A stretch of DNA of 64,000 bases from Escherichia coli (GCF_965641715.1 NZ_OZ282453.1); one strand, 5' to 3'; counted from the stretch's first letter, positions 1 through 9,539 are shown. Numbers and translations are program-made. The notes: a model not told the origin generated them from the sequence alone.

Positions 1-186
1 GCAGTAACACAGCCCAAAAATACCGTTGAACAAAGTCTTCTTGATCAGGTACTCATTTCAGAAAAAAACATATATACCGTTAATGGTTATGGCACTGATA
101 GTGATGTTCTGCAAGCCATGATTTCTGCTAAAATTGATAACAATGAATACCTTAAGCAATACGATATCAGCAAAAAGAAGGTATAG
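1..186 (+). CDS. 3' end of an unknown ORF (5' end outside window), AT-rich
   Basis: Open frame 1 from the window edge to TAG at 184-186; the next ORF starts 4 nt later. Confidence 0.3.
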   Translation, partial: AVTQPKNTVEQSLLDQVLISEKNIYTVNGYGTDSDVLQAMISAKIDNNEYLKQYDISKKKV

Positions 187-189
187 GAT

Positions 190-633
190 ATGTTATTGAA
201 ATACTTAAGAAACCTGATTGTAAGTGTTTTTTGCACCTTGTTCCTACTGAGGTATATCCCTCAGATGGGGCATGCTGACATACTTACAGCCTCCGGGGTT
301 ATTTCAACTGTATCCGGTATTTTATTTGGTTTTATTTTAGCCACAATATCAATTTTTAGTGCTGCTAGCGAAAACTCAAATGGAATAATAAAAGCATTAA
401 AAAACAACAACATACTTCAAGTTATTATTGTAAATCTATTAACCGCAGGTGCATCTTTAATTACGGCATGCGTTATTGCTTTGATAGCAATGTTTGCCAA
501 TGAAAAGACATTGTTACATGGAGAAAAAATAGAATTTATTTTAATTATCGAATCTTTATCTCTTCTTATCATTTCAGTAATAACTTTTGCCTTTACATGG
601 AGAAAAGTAAACTGGATACTCCCCCACATTTAA
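190..633 (+). CDS. Small hydrophobic membrane protein (about 4 predicted TM segments), AT-rich cargo gene
   Basis: 147-aa ORF with hydrophobic stretches; low GC; convergent with the Q-like gene. Confidence 0.45.
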   Translation: MLLKYLRNLIVSVFCTLFLLRYIPQMGHADILTASGVISTVSGILFGFILATISIFSAASENSNGIIKALKNNNILQVIIVNLLTAGASLITACVIALIAMFANEKTLLHGEKIEFILIIESLSLLIISVITFAFTWRKVNWILPHI

Positions 634-656
634 AAAGGGCAGAAATGCCCTTTTTT
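634..656. terminator. Rho-independent terminator hairpin between convergent genes
   Basis: GGGCA-GAAA-TGCCC stem-loop followed by TTTTTT, immediately after the TAA stop at 631-633. Confidence 0.5.
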
Positions 657-1034
657 CTACTCCATTTCAAGTTTAACATCCAGCATTGAAAGGCATCCAT
701 CAATAAACCCTTCAGCCATCTGTATCTCTATACGTATCAATTTCTCATCTTTTTTGCGAGCTCTTGCAAGCTTTCTTTTCGAGATGCCATACAGGTAATG
801 GGCCACAATCAAAGAATGCTCGTACGGTTTTCGCTTTTTAAGAAGAGCAAGACAACCTTCAATAATTAATGCATCACTATCTGAACAAGCCTGACGTGTT
901 TTGCTTGTATAGGGAAGAAGCCCTTTAAACCCAGCAGCTATAGGAGAATAGTCTACTCCTGAACTATCACTCGCCGCCCATGCTCCCCAACGATCCAGAA
1001 CCATTTGAATATCACGCATCAACTTTCTCCACAA
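657..1034 (-). CDS. Phage antitermination protein Q family
   Basis: 125 aa; N-terminus MRDIQMVLDRWGAWAA and cysteine-rich middle match recalled prophage Q-like antiterminators. Confidence 0.55.
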   Translation of the reverse strand: MWRKLMRDIQMVLDRWGAWAASDSSGVDYSPIAAGFKGLLPYTSKTRQACSDSDALIIEGCLALLKKRKPYEHSLIVAHYLYGISKRKLARARKKDEKLIRIEIQMAEGFIDGCLSMLDVKLEME

Positions 1035-1036
1035 AA

Positions 1037-2032
1037 TCAGGCCAGCACGCCAATTGCCAGCGCACGATCGATAAAACGAAATATCAGCTCCAGCTGGGAG
1101 CCATACCTCTCTTCAAATGCCACGGTATCCGCATGCAGCTCGTCGTGATGCTTTCTGCACAAAGGCAACACAAAAAGGTCATGCGCTTTTGTACCCATTC
1201 CACACTGACCGTGGCCTATCAGGTGGTGGGGATCATCAGCGGGCTTTCCACAACATGCACACGGCTGTGTCTTAACCCAGCGCGTGTACTTTTCATTAAC
1301 CCAGCGGCGACGTTTTGGGCGTAACATAAAAGACTCCGGCGACTCCGGATCCACTTTCAGCGCCAGCACCTTTTTCGCTTTATCCTGGATGATGCTGGTG
1401 GCAGGAACCGAAGGCACAAGGTCACTTTCCCGGGTGACAGACGGCACAACAGGCTTCGGTAATCTCAGTGCCTTACGGGCTGCACTTTCCGGTAAGGCAT
1501 CCGCCAGATCATTACGAATCAGCCACCAGCACAGTTCCGGCATTGTCACAACGTGACTGTCATCAAAACCGAGATCCCGACGCACAACAGACAACACCCA
1601 GCGGGCACAGTTATCCGTTGCCATTGATTCCAGCCGTTCCGTGAACTGATCGCGCAGCTGGTTATCGCAGTGCCAGCACAGACGGATTGCGCCCGGAGCG
1701 TGTCGCATTGTGGTCATGTTCTCGCTGTGCCAGTCGGAATGAGGCCACTGGCAGCCTTTTTCACGAAGTAACCAGCTTTCAAGACATTCCACGCCACCAG
1801 CACGACGGATCACTGCCTCATTGCGGAACACGGCCCGAACGGCAGGATCATCCGCCAGCGGTTGTGATGCCGCCGGAACGGCACCACTGGCGAAAGATGA
1901 ATAACGTTCCGGCTCAGGCTCCAGCAGGACACGCCCCTGCATAAACAGGGGCATCAACTCTGAACCTGGCCTGAACAATACGATCCCCATACGCGGGGCA
2001 ATTTCAGGGGTCAGTAGTGCTCTCACGGTCAC
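1037..2032 (-). CDS. DUF968-family phage protein (YdfU-like)
   Basis: 331 aa; C-terminal cysteine/histidine cluster (CACCGKPADDPHHL ... CRKHHDELH) typical of DUF968. Confidence 0.5.
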   Translation of the reverse strand: MTVRALLTPEIAPRMGIVLFRPGSELMPLFMQGRVLLEPEPERYSSFASGAVPAASQPLADDPAVRAVFRNEAVIRRAGGVECLESWLLREKGCQWPHSDWHSENMTTMRHAPGAIRLCWHCDNQLRDQFTERLESMATDNCARWVLSVVRRDLGFDDSHVVTMPELCWWLIRNDLADALPESAARKALRLPKPVVPSVTRESDLVPSVPATSIIQDKAKKVLALKVDPESPESFMLRPKRRRWVNEKYTRWVKTQPCACCGKPADDPHHLIGHGQCGMGTKAHDLFVLPLCRKHHDELHADTVAFEERYGSQLELIFRFIDRALAIGVLA

Positions 2033-2033
2033 C

Positions 2034-2831
2034 TCAATGAACGGTATCGAGCAGCTTTAACAGCTCAGGGAATCGGGATTCGAAGAAATGCGGCTGCGTC
2101 TCGCGCGGATTTGCGGGACTGGTGATATTCTTGCCGAACATGCAGCCTTTCGCTGTCAGCGACCAGAATTTTTTGATGTTGTTAATCGCGGTACGGCTGT
2201 ATCGTTCGCGCTGCTCGACGATCCCCAGCTTCACCATCTGGTGATATGCCTGATTAGCTGTCAGGCGGATACCATACTGCTTCAGCAGTGCACTCAGTGA
2301 CAGCGTGGGGCGGCTTGAGCCATCAGGCGCGTCAGCAGGAGCATCAATGGCATAGCGCGGTGCCAGATTCGGTAAGCCAACAGCCTCCTGAAGCTTCTGA
2401 CAGGCTCCAAGCACTGATGAGTTAGACAGGTTTAATTCCCGGCGCATAAAGTCCAGCAGGATCACACCAGCCTGCATCTTGTCAGCAGCCTGTCCGGATA
2501 ATTTTTCCGGTGCGCTGGTTACCATGTCGAAAGTACGGATCACCTTCAGATGGAATGACGGGCTGATCCACATTGCATAGGCATACACCAGTTCTTTGCA
2601 GACATACGTCCCCTGGTTATTTCCGCCACGAATAACGTTAACTGGCTCTATATTGACCGAGTTGCAAATCTGCAACTCGCTTATTAAACGCTCAGTTTGC
2701 TCATTGCGGAGCCAGAATGCAGGCTTATGCTTATCCAGAGAACCAGCAGCCCTGTGCAGATCGTTCAGGCTGTAACGCCCATAAGCATCACGACGAACTT
2801 CAATACCATCAATAACCATCAGATTATTCAT
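2034..2831 (-). CDS. KilA-N domain protein (putative antirepressor)
   Basis: N-terminus VIDGIEVRRDAYGRYSLNDLHRAAG matches the KilA-N DNA-binding domain signature. Confidence 0.6.
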   Translation of the reverse strand: MNNLMVIDGIEVRRDAYGRYSLNDLHRAAGSLDKHKPAFWLRNEQTERLISELQICNSVNIEPVNVIRGGNNQGTYVCKELVYAYAMWISPSFHLKVIRTFDMVTSAPEKLSGQAADKMQAGVILLDFMRRELNLSNSSVLGACQKLQEAVGLPNLAPRYAIDAPADAPDGSSRPTLSLSALLKQYGIRLTANQAYHQMVKLGIVEQRERYSRTAINNIKKFWSLTAKGCMFGKNITSPANPRETQPHFFESRFPELLKLLDTVH

Positions 2832-2850
2832 ACTTCGTTTCTCCTCTTAA

Positions 2851-3240
2851 TCAGGCGGCTGCACCCGCCGGTTTCTCATACTTACTGATAGTGATCTCGA
2901 CCTTCCCTTTCGGGATAACCGGTCCCCACTCCACCAGCATTCTTTTCACCTGTCTGTCGTCTTCCCACACACCCGCGTGGGTCAGGGCGTCAAACAGCGC
3001 CTTGTTATAGTTGTCCAGATCGCGGATCCGGTTATCCGGAGGAAACAACACGATCTCCACTGAAGCAGGTGCCGACGTTGGTTTCGGCAGACGACGTAAC
3101 TGCTCAACTATTGCTGCGCATGCCGCGCTCTGGAATTTGCGCCCCGCTGCGCTTATCAGACTCTTACCAGCAAACGCCCCTTTGTTGGGGTGTCGCCAGT
3201 ACGTGTTCACGCTGGGCGGGAAAGGCAGGATCAGCTTCAT
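2851..3240 (-). CDS. rusA: Holliday junction resolvase RusA
   Basis: 129 aa; LPFPPSVNTYWRH ... IRDLDNYNKALFDALT motifs of the RusA family; lambdoid position upstream of Q. Confidence 0.75.
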   Translation of the reverse strand: MKLILPFPPSVNTYWRHPNKGAFAGKSLISAAGRKFQSAACAAIVEQLRRLPKPTSAPASVEIVLFPPDNRIRDLDNYNKALFDALTHAGVWEDDRQVKRMLVEWGPVIPKGKVEITISKYEKPAGAAA

Positions 3241-3596
3241 ACTTTCAGGCCCCTCTCATGTAACCAGTGGGCTGCACGCAGTCTGGCGTTTTCCTCACCG
3301 GCAAGCAGTGCGCGGATAATCCCGGCTGCCTCGCTGTCGTCGTCCTTCACTGTGGTATGAAGCGTGATACCCCGGGCCACGCCACGCTTTATCGTGATGA
3401 CGCCTTTTTTCTCCAGTGCGCGAAGATGCTCCACCGCTGCATTCACCGAACGGTATCCCAGCATGGCTGCCACCTCCTGATTGGTTGGCGGGAAACCACG
3501 TTCTTTCTGATAAGAAATCAGCATATCCAGCACCTGCTGCTGGCATTGAGTTAACGTCGTCATTAAGCCCCCACGTAATTCCCTGACAGATACCAC
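3237..3596 (-). CDS. LexA-like winged-helix DNA-binding protein (phage regulator)
   Basis: 119 aa; segment QQVLDMLISYQKERGFPPTNQEVAAMLGYRSVNAAVEHLRALEKKGVI resembles the LexA N-terminal DNA-binding domain. Confidence 0.4.
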   Translation of the reverse strand: MVSVRELRGGLMTTLTQCQQQVLDMLISYQKERGFPPTNQEVAAMLGYRSVNAAVEHLRALEKKGVITIKRGVARGITLHTTVKDDDSEAAGIIRALLAGEENARLRAAHWLHERGLKV

Positions 3597-4057
3597 TCAT
3601 CACCCGATACAGCGCGCTTGCTGCTTTTCCGTAAACACTGCTCACGACGCGCCAGAAAATTGTTTCGTTCTGGCTGGGAGTGGCTTTCACGGAATGCCGC
3701 CATCCACACCGTTGCAGCACGACGGTATAAGCCCCTGGACTCCAGTTCTTCAGCCTGGCGGGTCAGGCACAAAATCACACGGGGATCGTTAGTGCCGACA
3801 TAGAAATTGCGCACAGGTCTGGTTTCACGAACAGATTGTGGTTCCGGCTCCTGCGCTCTCTCAGTCAGGCGCGGGAAATGTCTGCGTGTATCTCCTTCAC
3901 AACGGTGAGCCACACGCCCACTCTGACGTAACTTGCTTGCTGACTGCAGAACGCGCTGCCGTGAGTAACCAGCAAAAGCATCCGCAATGTCTCCGGAAGT
4001 ACACCCCGGATGGGCTTCAATGAATTTCTGAACTTCATTCAAAAGACTCATAATCAC
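3563..4057 (-). CDS. PerC-family-like transcriptional activator (start codon uncertain)
   Basis: Motif AEELESRGLYRRAATVWMAAF resembles the recalled PerC/Pch signature (LE.KGLWRRAA.RW). Confidence 0.35.
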   Translation of the reverse strand: MIMSLLNEVQKFIEAHPGCTSGDIADAFAGYSRQRVLQSASKLRQSGRVAHRCEGDTRRHFPRLTERAQEPEPQSVRETRPVRNFYVGTNDPRVILCLTRQAEELESRGLYRRAATVWMAAFRESHSQPERNNFLARREQCLRKSSKRAVSGDEWYLSGNYVGA

Positions 4058-4872
4058 CCCCTGAATCCTGCCGGGATCTGGCTGTAGTCCACGTTGTCGT
4101 AACTGGCTTTGAAGTACGGGTCCTCGCGTCTGGCTGCAGATACCGCAGGAACTTCCCAGGATTCTTCGAAATGACGATCCGGACCAAAGAACGTGACAGC
4201 CTGTTTCACAAATTGTGTGCCGCTGTTACCCATCGCAGATACCCAGCCCGCGTAGCGTTTCACACCTTCCAGCATGGTTTCGGGGTTTACCCCCTCATTC
4301 AAACGGGCTTTCCAGGCTTTGAAGGCTGCAGATTTTGAATTACCACCAGCACGTTTGGGATATGCCAGCCATGCCTGCTCAAACTCCGGAGAGTATTCCG
4401 GCCGGTTTGAACGAACTCGCACGGACTCATCAACTGATGCACCAACAGCTATTGGTTCATTGACTGGTTCTTTGACTGGTTCAAAAGAGTGACTGGTTCT
4501 GGGTGAATCTCCTGCACTACCCCCTGGTGCAACTCCTGCACTACCTGGTGAATTTGCTGCACCAGATAGTGAATTATTTGCACTACCCCCTAGTGAATCT
4601 CCTGCACCATCCAGATGAAGGAGATAGATATTACTTGAGTTACCTTTTTCACCTTTCCGGGTGACTTTTTTTACCAGCCCGGACTCACAAAGGGCCGCAA
4701 TATGATTCATCACAGAACGTTTGCTAATCTCGCACTGGTCAGCAATATGCTGGTAGCTGGGCCAGCACTCACCCTGATCGCTGGCATTATCAGCCAGCTT
4801 GATCAGAACCAGTTTTCGCAATGGATTACCCACTCGAATTTTCATCGCTTTAACCATCAGCTCCATACTCAT
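4054..4872 (-). CDS. Phage replication-initiator-like protein with N-terminal HTH and low-complexity Gly/Ser/Ala linker
   Basis: 272 aa; N-terminal wHTH region (NPLRKLVLIKLADNASDQGECWPSYQHIADQCEISKRSVMNHIAAL); internal DNA repeats; lambda O-like position. Confidence 0.5.
   Translation of the reverse strand: MSMELMVKAMKIRVGNPLRKLVLIKLADNASDQGECWPSYQHIADQCEISKRSVMNHIAALCESGLVKKVTRKGEKGNSSNIYLLHLDGAGDSLGGSANNSLSGAANSPGSAGVAPGGSAGDSPRTSHSFEPVKEPVNEPIAVGASVDESVRVRSNRPEYSPEFEQAWLAYPKRAGGNSKSAAFKAWKARLNEGVNPETMLEGVKRYAGWVSAMGNSGTQFVKQAVTFFGPDRHFEESWEVPAVSAARREDPYFKASYDNVDYSQIPAGFRG
4500..4620. repeat. About five imperfect tandem 21-24 bp repeats inside the replication gene (iteron-like), followed by an AT-rich stretch
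   Basis: Repeated unit GTGAAT..CTGCACTACC(CC)CTG visible at 4503-4620; resembles the lambda ori layout within gene O. Confidence 0.45.
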
Positions 4873-5105
4873 GCTGCACCTCCGAGATGCTTCATGTTTT
4901 TTCCGGAGCGAAAGGTTATAAGCGGCATACTGACGCGGTAATTACGGCCCAGCGGTTCACAAATCACCTTCTGACATTCACGGTCCACCAGGCTAACACG
5001 TAGAACATGCCCTGCGGGCGTGGTGTACCACTGACCAACGGTAGGAATTGATGTTTTTTTACGCTGAAGCAAACGGCAAATATTGAGGATCAACGGATTA
5101 AGCAT
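4869..5105 (-). CDS. Small hypothetical phage protein
   Basis: 78-aa ORF overlapping neighbours by 4 and 8 nt in the same operon. Confidence 0.3.
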   Translation of the reverse strand: MLNPLILNICRLLQRKKTSIPTVGQWYTTPAGHVLRVSLVDRECQKVICEPLGRNYRVSMPLITFRSGKNMKHLGGAA

Positions 5106-5934
5106 GACGATGCCCTCCGCTGATATTCAGGAAACGGTGAATATGAAGATTAGCCTTATCCGCCAGACGAATACGTTCAGCCTGCAAGTTAAGAAGGGTT
5201 TCTACCAGAACCTGATGCGCCTGCGGATCCGAAAGAGTTACCTTGCGCAGAGCACGTAGTGCAGTTGTTACATAGCTGAGTTTATGTAAGTCTTCATCAT
5301 TCAGACGAGTGAGGGCTGGGACAGTAGCCATGATGGCAGCCTCCGTATGCAATGGATAACTTCCACCACCGGAAACGCCAATTTCGCTGGTGGTGAACTG
5401 AGCAGGGTTGGCGTAACCGGCGCATACGGAAACCGGCGCACCTTTCGGTGCCCCCACCCAGCCCACCATAATTTGGGTATAGCTGAGTTGTAGCAACAAA
5501 AAAGACGCTAACGCGCCAATTGTCGCCGTATGCAATTCCAGGACGCCAATCCCGGCACCCGCTTTATAAGGTGCCTGAACAGTGTAACGTCCCGGAATGG
5601 CAGAATCAATGTGCTGGTGGTCCTTCACACTCAACAAAATCACGCCTGAATTTCCACAAAGGGCTAAAGCACTCATGCGGGTAGTCTTTGCGAAGATAGA
5701 TAACGCGCTGTGTTTCTGGTTCCCAACGAATAACATGGACATAAAGCCCTCTTCCGTCACGAAACCAGCGGTTAAGTTCCCGCACAACTCGCCCCCCACA
5801 GTCAGGTAAAGTTCTCTGTGGTTACTTACAGCCAGGTGATTTGGTAATCTGCATTCATGCCGTAACAACAGGTGTTCAGCGACACTGACCACCAGCTGTT
5901 GCGACAAACGGTTATTTGCCGTTAAACTGTTCAT
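5098..5934 (-). CDS. Hypothetical phage protein (early right operon)
   Basis: 278-aa ORF, co-oriented and overlapping neighbours; no motif recognised. Confidence 0.35.
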   Translation of the reverse strand: MNSLTANNRLSQQLVVSVAEHLLLRHECRLPNHLAVSNHRELYLTVGGELCGNLTAGFVTEEGFMSMLFVGNQKHSALSIFAKTTRMSALALCGNSGVILLSVKDHQHIDSAIPGRYTVQAPYKAGAGIGVLELHTATIGALASFLLLQLSYTQIMVGWVGAPKGAPVSVCAGYANPAQFTTSEIGVSGGGSYPLHTEAAIMATVPALTRLNDEDLHKLSYVTTALRALRKVTLSDPQAHQVLVETLLNLQAERIRLADKANLHIHRFLNISGGHRHA

Positions 5935-6494
5935 GCGTTAGTTTCTCCACAGACACAAAACGCCACGACGCCCGGAGCTGCACACTCGCGGGCGTCACTC
6001 TTTTCTGGAGCGCAAAAGATTTTGTAGACCAGTGCTGCATGCTCTTGGAGCTTCGAAATTGACAGATACAACTCATCATTAATTGCTGTCTGCTCGTGTG
6101 GCTCCACGACCCCATCTTCGATTGCCGAACGAATCTGCTTTGAGTAATTCCCGATCTGTTCGATGACTTCCAGCAGGCGCTGGTTTATATCGGCGTTCTC
6201 TACTTCCTCAATTTCAGGAAGCGATACGAACACCCCACCAGCAGACTGTGCGACAGCATCCGCAATGTAGTGAGTGCCAGCCGCGCGCTGTAAAACCATT
6301 GCCCATCCCAGCGGGAAAATCTGATCGCCATCGGCACGAAGGCGGTTAAATAATGCGTTCTCTGTTACATCCAGCCAGTCAGCTGCTTCAGCGTAACCAC
6401 CCGGCAACGCTGCGATAGTTTTTCTGACAGCTTTCACGTACCACTCAGGCTGTTTTTCTACTTTCCAGTGATACTTACCCACGGTTAGCCTCAT
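5931..6494 (-). CDS. Hypothetical phage regulatory protein in the CII/YdaT position
   Basis: 187-aa ORF immediately downstream of the cro-like gene; function inferred from position only. Confidence 0.3.
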   Translation of the reverse strand: MRLTVGKYHWKVEKQPEWYVKAVRKTIAALPGGYAEAADWLDVTENALFNRLRADGDQIFPLGWAMVLQRAAGTHYIADAVAQSAGGVFVSLPEIEEVENADINQRLLEVIEQIGNYSKQIRSAIEDGVVEPHEQTAINDELYLSISKLQEHAALVYKIFCAPEKSDARECAAPGVVAFCVCGETNA

Positions 6495-6525
6495 CGTTCT
6501 GTGGTTAAAAATTGAAGGTGTTCTG

Positions 6526-6726
6526 TTAATCTTTCGGATAGATATCCGGCCTTAAGTCAGATTTCGTAATTGCACCTGACGTGCATTGCTCAAGTTTTTT
6601 CGCCAGCACAAAACTGGCTTTTTTATAACCATTGAAAACCAGCCGTAAGTAGCCAGGTGTTGAGCCAACTTTTCCGGCCAACTCGCCCTGCTGTTCTTTG
6701 GTTAAAGAGTCCCAATACGCTTTCAT
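6526..6726 (-). CDS. Cro/YdaS-like HTH regulator
   Basis: 66 aa from an internal ATG with GGAGG 9 nt upstream (the ORF track begins earlier); sequence MKAYWDSLTKEQQGELAGKVGSTPGYLRLVFNG; divergent from cI. Confidence 0.5.
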   Translation of the reverse strand: MKAYWDSLTKEQQGELAGKVGSTPGYLRLVFNGYKKASFVLAKKLEQCTSGAITKSDLRPDIYPKD

Positions 6727-6816
6727 ACAATATGTACCTCCGATATACATATTACATGATTGAAATGAACCTTCAAGATACTTGTACCTTATCGGTACAA
6801 AGGTTTTAATTTCGTT
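6727..6816. promoter_or_regulatory. cI/cro intergenic switch region with operator-like palindromes
   Basis: Inverted repeat CTTGTACC-TTATC-GGTACAAAG at 6781-6802 and further TGTAC-containing sites at 6727-6757. Confidence 0.45.
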
Positions 6817-7491
6817 ATGAAAACAATCCATGACATCCGGCGGTCTAACGCCAGAAAACTGAGAGATGGTGTTGGCGGGAATTCTTCCTTTGCCACCATG
6901 ATTGATCGCGAGCCAACCCAGACCAGCAGGTTTATGGGAGATGGTGCTACTAAAAATATCGGTGACAGCATGGCGCGGCACATCGAAAAATGTTTCGACC
7001 TGCCTGTCGGATGGCTTGATCAAGAACACCAGACCACGAACATCACAAAAAAACCTGATGTTTCAATCACTAACAAACAAATAACGTTAGTCCCTGTCAT
7101 ATCATGGGTACAGGCCGGAGCATGGAAAGAAGTTGGCTATTCTGAGGTTGATTTGAGCACAGCAGAAACTTACCCCTGCCCTGTACCCTGTGGCGAAATG
7201 ACTTATATCTTGCGGGTGATTGGTGATTCAATGATTGATGAGTACCGCCCTGGAGACATGATTTTTGTTGATCCCGAAGTCCCTGCCTGCCACGGTGACG
7301 ACGTTATTGCATTGATGCACGATACAGGCGAAACCACCTTCAAGCGATTGATAGAAGATGGAACACAGCGTTATCTCAAAGCATTAAACCCAAACTGGCC
7401 TGAGCCTTACATTAAGATTAACGGTAATTGCTCTATAATTGGTACAGTGATTTTCTCGGGAAAACCAAGAAGATACACAATAAAGGCCTAA
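6817..7491 (+). CDS. CI-like phage repressor (HTH plus S24 LexA-like peptidase domain)
   Basis: 224 aa; C-terminal ILRVIGDSMIDEYRPGDMIFVDP with the Ser-Lys dyad context of the S24 family. Confidence 0.75.
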   Translation: MKTIHDIRRSNARKLRDGVGGNSSFATMIDREPTQTSRFMGDGATKNIGDSMARHIEKCFDLPVGWLDQEHQTTNITKKPDVSITNKQITLVPVISWVQAGAWKEVGYSEVDLSTAETYPCPVPCGEMTYILRVIGDSMIDEYRPGDMIFVDPEVPACHGDDVIALMHDTGETTFKRLIEDGTQRYLKALNPNWPEPYIKINGNCSIIGTVIFSGKPRRYTIKA

Positions 7492-7949
7492 TCAATATTT
7501 ATGAACCTGCTTCGGCAGGTTTTTTTATACTTGACAATGTACCCATGGGATACATAATGTATCCAAAAGAAACATGAGGCAGGCAAGATTCAAACAAAAT
7601 TTGGTTGTAACACGGCGTATGGCACATGCGTCGTTAGCGGTCTGGGGACGTTAAAGGGGACAATCCACTTCTTGCTCGGGCAAACAAACCAGGTAGCCGG
7701 AATGTGCAAGTCAATGATGATGCTGATAAGACGCCTAACCAGCGTGGCGATCCGGTTTGACGCCTGGGAAGAGACCAGGGTGCAACGATGAGGGCATTTA
7801 TAGAGCCGCGACAAAGTGTGGTGCCGTAACTGGCTAAGTGCTCTCAGCGTTGTGGTAATCCGCGAAATGGCGCGGCGGTAAGTATGGCGGGGTTACTCTT
7901 TCCCCGTTGAGGACACCGGATTGTCAGGTTGACCATACGCCTGAGTGAC

Positions 7950-8025
7950 AACCCCACCACAACAGCCACTGCTTTGGCGGTACCAGTTTGTACACTTGCT
8001 TCCGGCTGGTACCGCTCTTTTTACA
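7950..8025 (+). ncRNA. DicF-like small RNA / terminator hairpin (approximate bounds)
   Basis: TTTGGCGGTACCAGTTT ... CTGGTACCGCT stem followed by CTTTTT; resembles the recalled DicF 3' structure in the analogous operon position. Confidence 0.3.
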
Positions 8026-8159
8026 AAACAGAGAAGAGCATCACCGGACGACGGGCTCATAACCCAATCCATCCGGGCGGCTGCCACCGCAGGTGTTCTT
8101 CTCTGTTTTGTGGAGAAACCAACCGACCTTGCAGGGTCGATATGATGAGGAGCAGCAAA

Positions 8160-8522
8160 ATGGCTAGCGAACGCAGTACTGATGTGCAGGCATTTATCGG
8201 GGAGCTGGACGGCGGCGTATTTGAAACCAAAATCGGCGCAGTTCTCAGTGAAGTCGCTTCCGGTGTGATGAACACGAAAACCAAAGGTAAGGTCTCACTC
8301 AACCTGGAAATCGAACCATTTGATGAGAACCGTGTGAAAATCAAACACAAACTCTCATATGTTCGCCCGACTAACCGCGGGAAAATTTCCGAAGAAGACA
8401 CCACCGAAACGCCGATGTATGTCAATCGCGGTGGTCGCCTGACTATTCTGCAGGAAGACCAGGGACAATTACTGACTCTTGCCGGTGAACCTGACGGAAA
8501 ACTCCGCGCAGCAGGTCATTAA
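8160..8522 (+). CDS. YfdP-like phage protein
   Basis: 120 aa from the ATG after GAGGAG; the ORF track starts earlier at 7929; first gene of the yfdP-T-like module. Confidence 0.4.
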   Translation: MASERSTDVQAFIGELDGGVFETKIGAVLSEVASGVMNTKTKGKVSLNLEIEPFDENRVKIKHKLSYVRPTNRGKISEEDTTETPMYVNRGGRLTILQEDQGQLLTLAGEPDGKLRAAGH

Positions 8523-8587
8523 TATCGTTCTTAATTAACTGATTATTTATCTCATCACTGAATATCTTTATATAGTGAGGACTTATT

Positions 8588-9412
8588 ATGTCTCAGAACT
8601 TAGACGCAACCGCAATTAATCAAATCCATGCCCTTATTTCTGCTCAGGGTGTTAATGAAATTATCAGTAATATTGGTGCCGATGCTGTGGCATTGCCTGA
8701 GAATTTCCGCATTCATGATCTGGAAAAATTTAATTTAAATCGCTTCCGTTTCCGTGGTGCGCTTTCCACTGCCAGCATCGATGACTTTACCCGTTATTCT
8801 AAAGATCTTGCAGATGAAGGCACCCGCTGCTTTATCGATGCTGATAATATGCGTGCCGTCAGTGTACTTAACCTGGGTACTATTGATGAACCAGGTCACG
8901 CAGATAACACCGCCACTCTCAAACTGAAAAAGACAGCACCGTTCTCTGCCCTGTTGTCTGTTAACGGCGAGCGTAACTCCCAGAAGTCACTGGCAGAATG
9001 GATTGAAGACTGGGCCGACTACCTTGTGGGCTTTGATGCTAATGGTGACGCTATTCAGGCAACAAAAGCGGCTGCGGCAGTCCGTAAAATCACGATTGAA
9101 GCAAACCAGACCGCTGATTTTGAAGATAATGACTTCAGCGGCAAACGCTCCCTGATGGAGTCTGTCGAAGCGAAGACCAAAGACATTATGCCAGTGGCAT
9201 TTGAATTTAAATGCGTTCCGTTTGAAGGTCTGAAAGAACGTCCGTTTAAATTACGCCTCAGCATTATCACTGGCGATCGTCCTGTACTGGTTCTGCGCAT
9301 TATTCAGCTGGAGGCGGTGCAGGAAGAAATGGCTAACGAATTTCGTGATCTGCTTGTTGAGAAATTCAAGGACAGCAAAGTAGAAACCTTTATTGGTACT
9401 TTCACCGCCTGA
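8588..9412 (+). CDS. YfdQ-like protein (DUF2303 family)
   Basis: 274 aa; length and sequence match recalled K-12 CPS-53 YfdQ. Confidence 0.5.
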   Translation: MSQNLDATAINQIHALISAQGVNEIISNIGADAVALPENFRIHDLEKFNLNRFRFRGALSTASIDDFTRYSKDLADEGTRCFIDADNMRAVSVLNLGTIDEPGHADNTATLKLKKTAPFSALLSVNGERNSQKSLAEWIEDWADYLVGFDANGDAIQATKAAAAVRKITIEANQTADFEDNDFSGKRSLMESVEAKTKDIMPVAFEFKCVPFEGLKERPFKLRLSIITGDRPVLVLRIIQLEAVQEEMANEFRDLLVEKFKDSKVETFIGTFTA

Positions 9413-9539
9413 TTTCATTACTGCAAATGCCCCTGCGGGGGCATTTATGGAAACGTAATTTACTCAATAATCGCCGGATGGTGAGGGATTCTTTTTACCA
9501 GAATTCAGCGCGGTGCAGCGCATATACGTGGAGAACAAA

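Noticed and set aside
6526-7029. 167-aa ORF as the full cro-like gene
   Set aside because: Only the last 66 aa show the Cro/YdaS-like signature and have a GGAGG ribosome-binding site; the upstream extension would run into the operator region, so the shorter start was preferred
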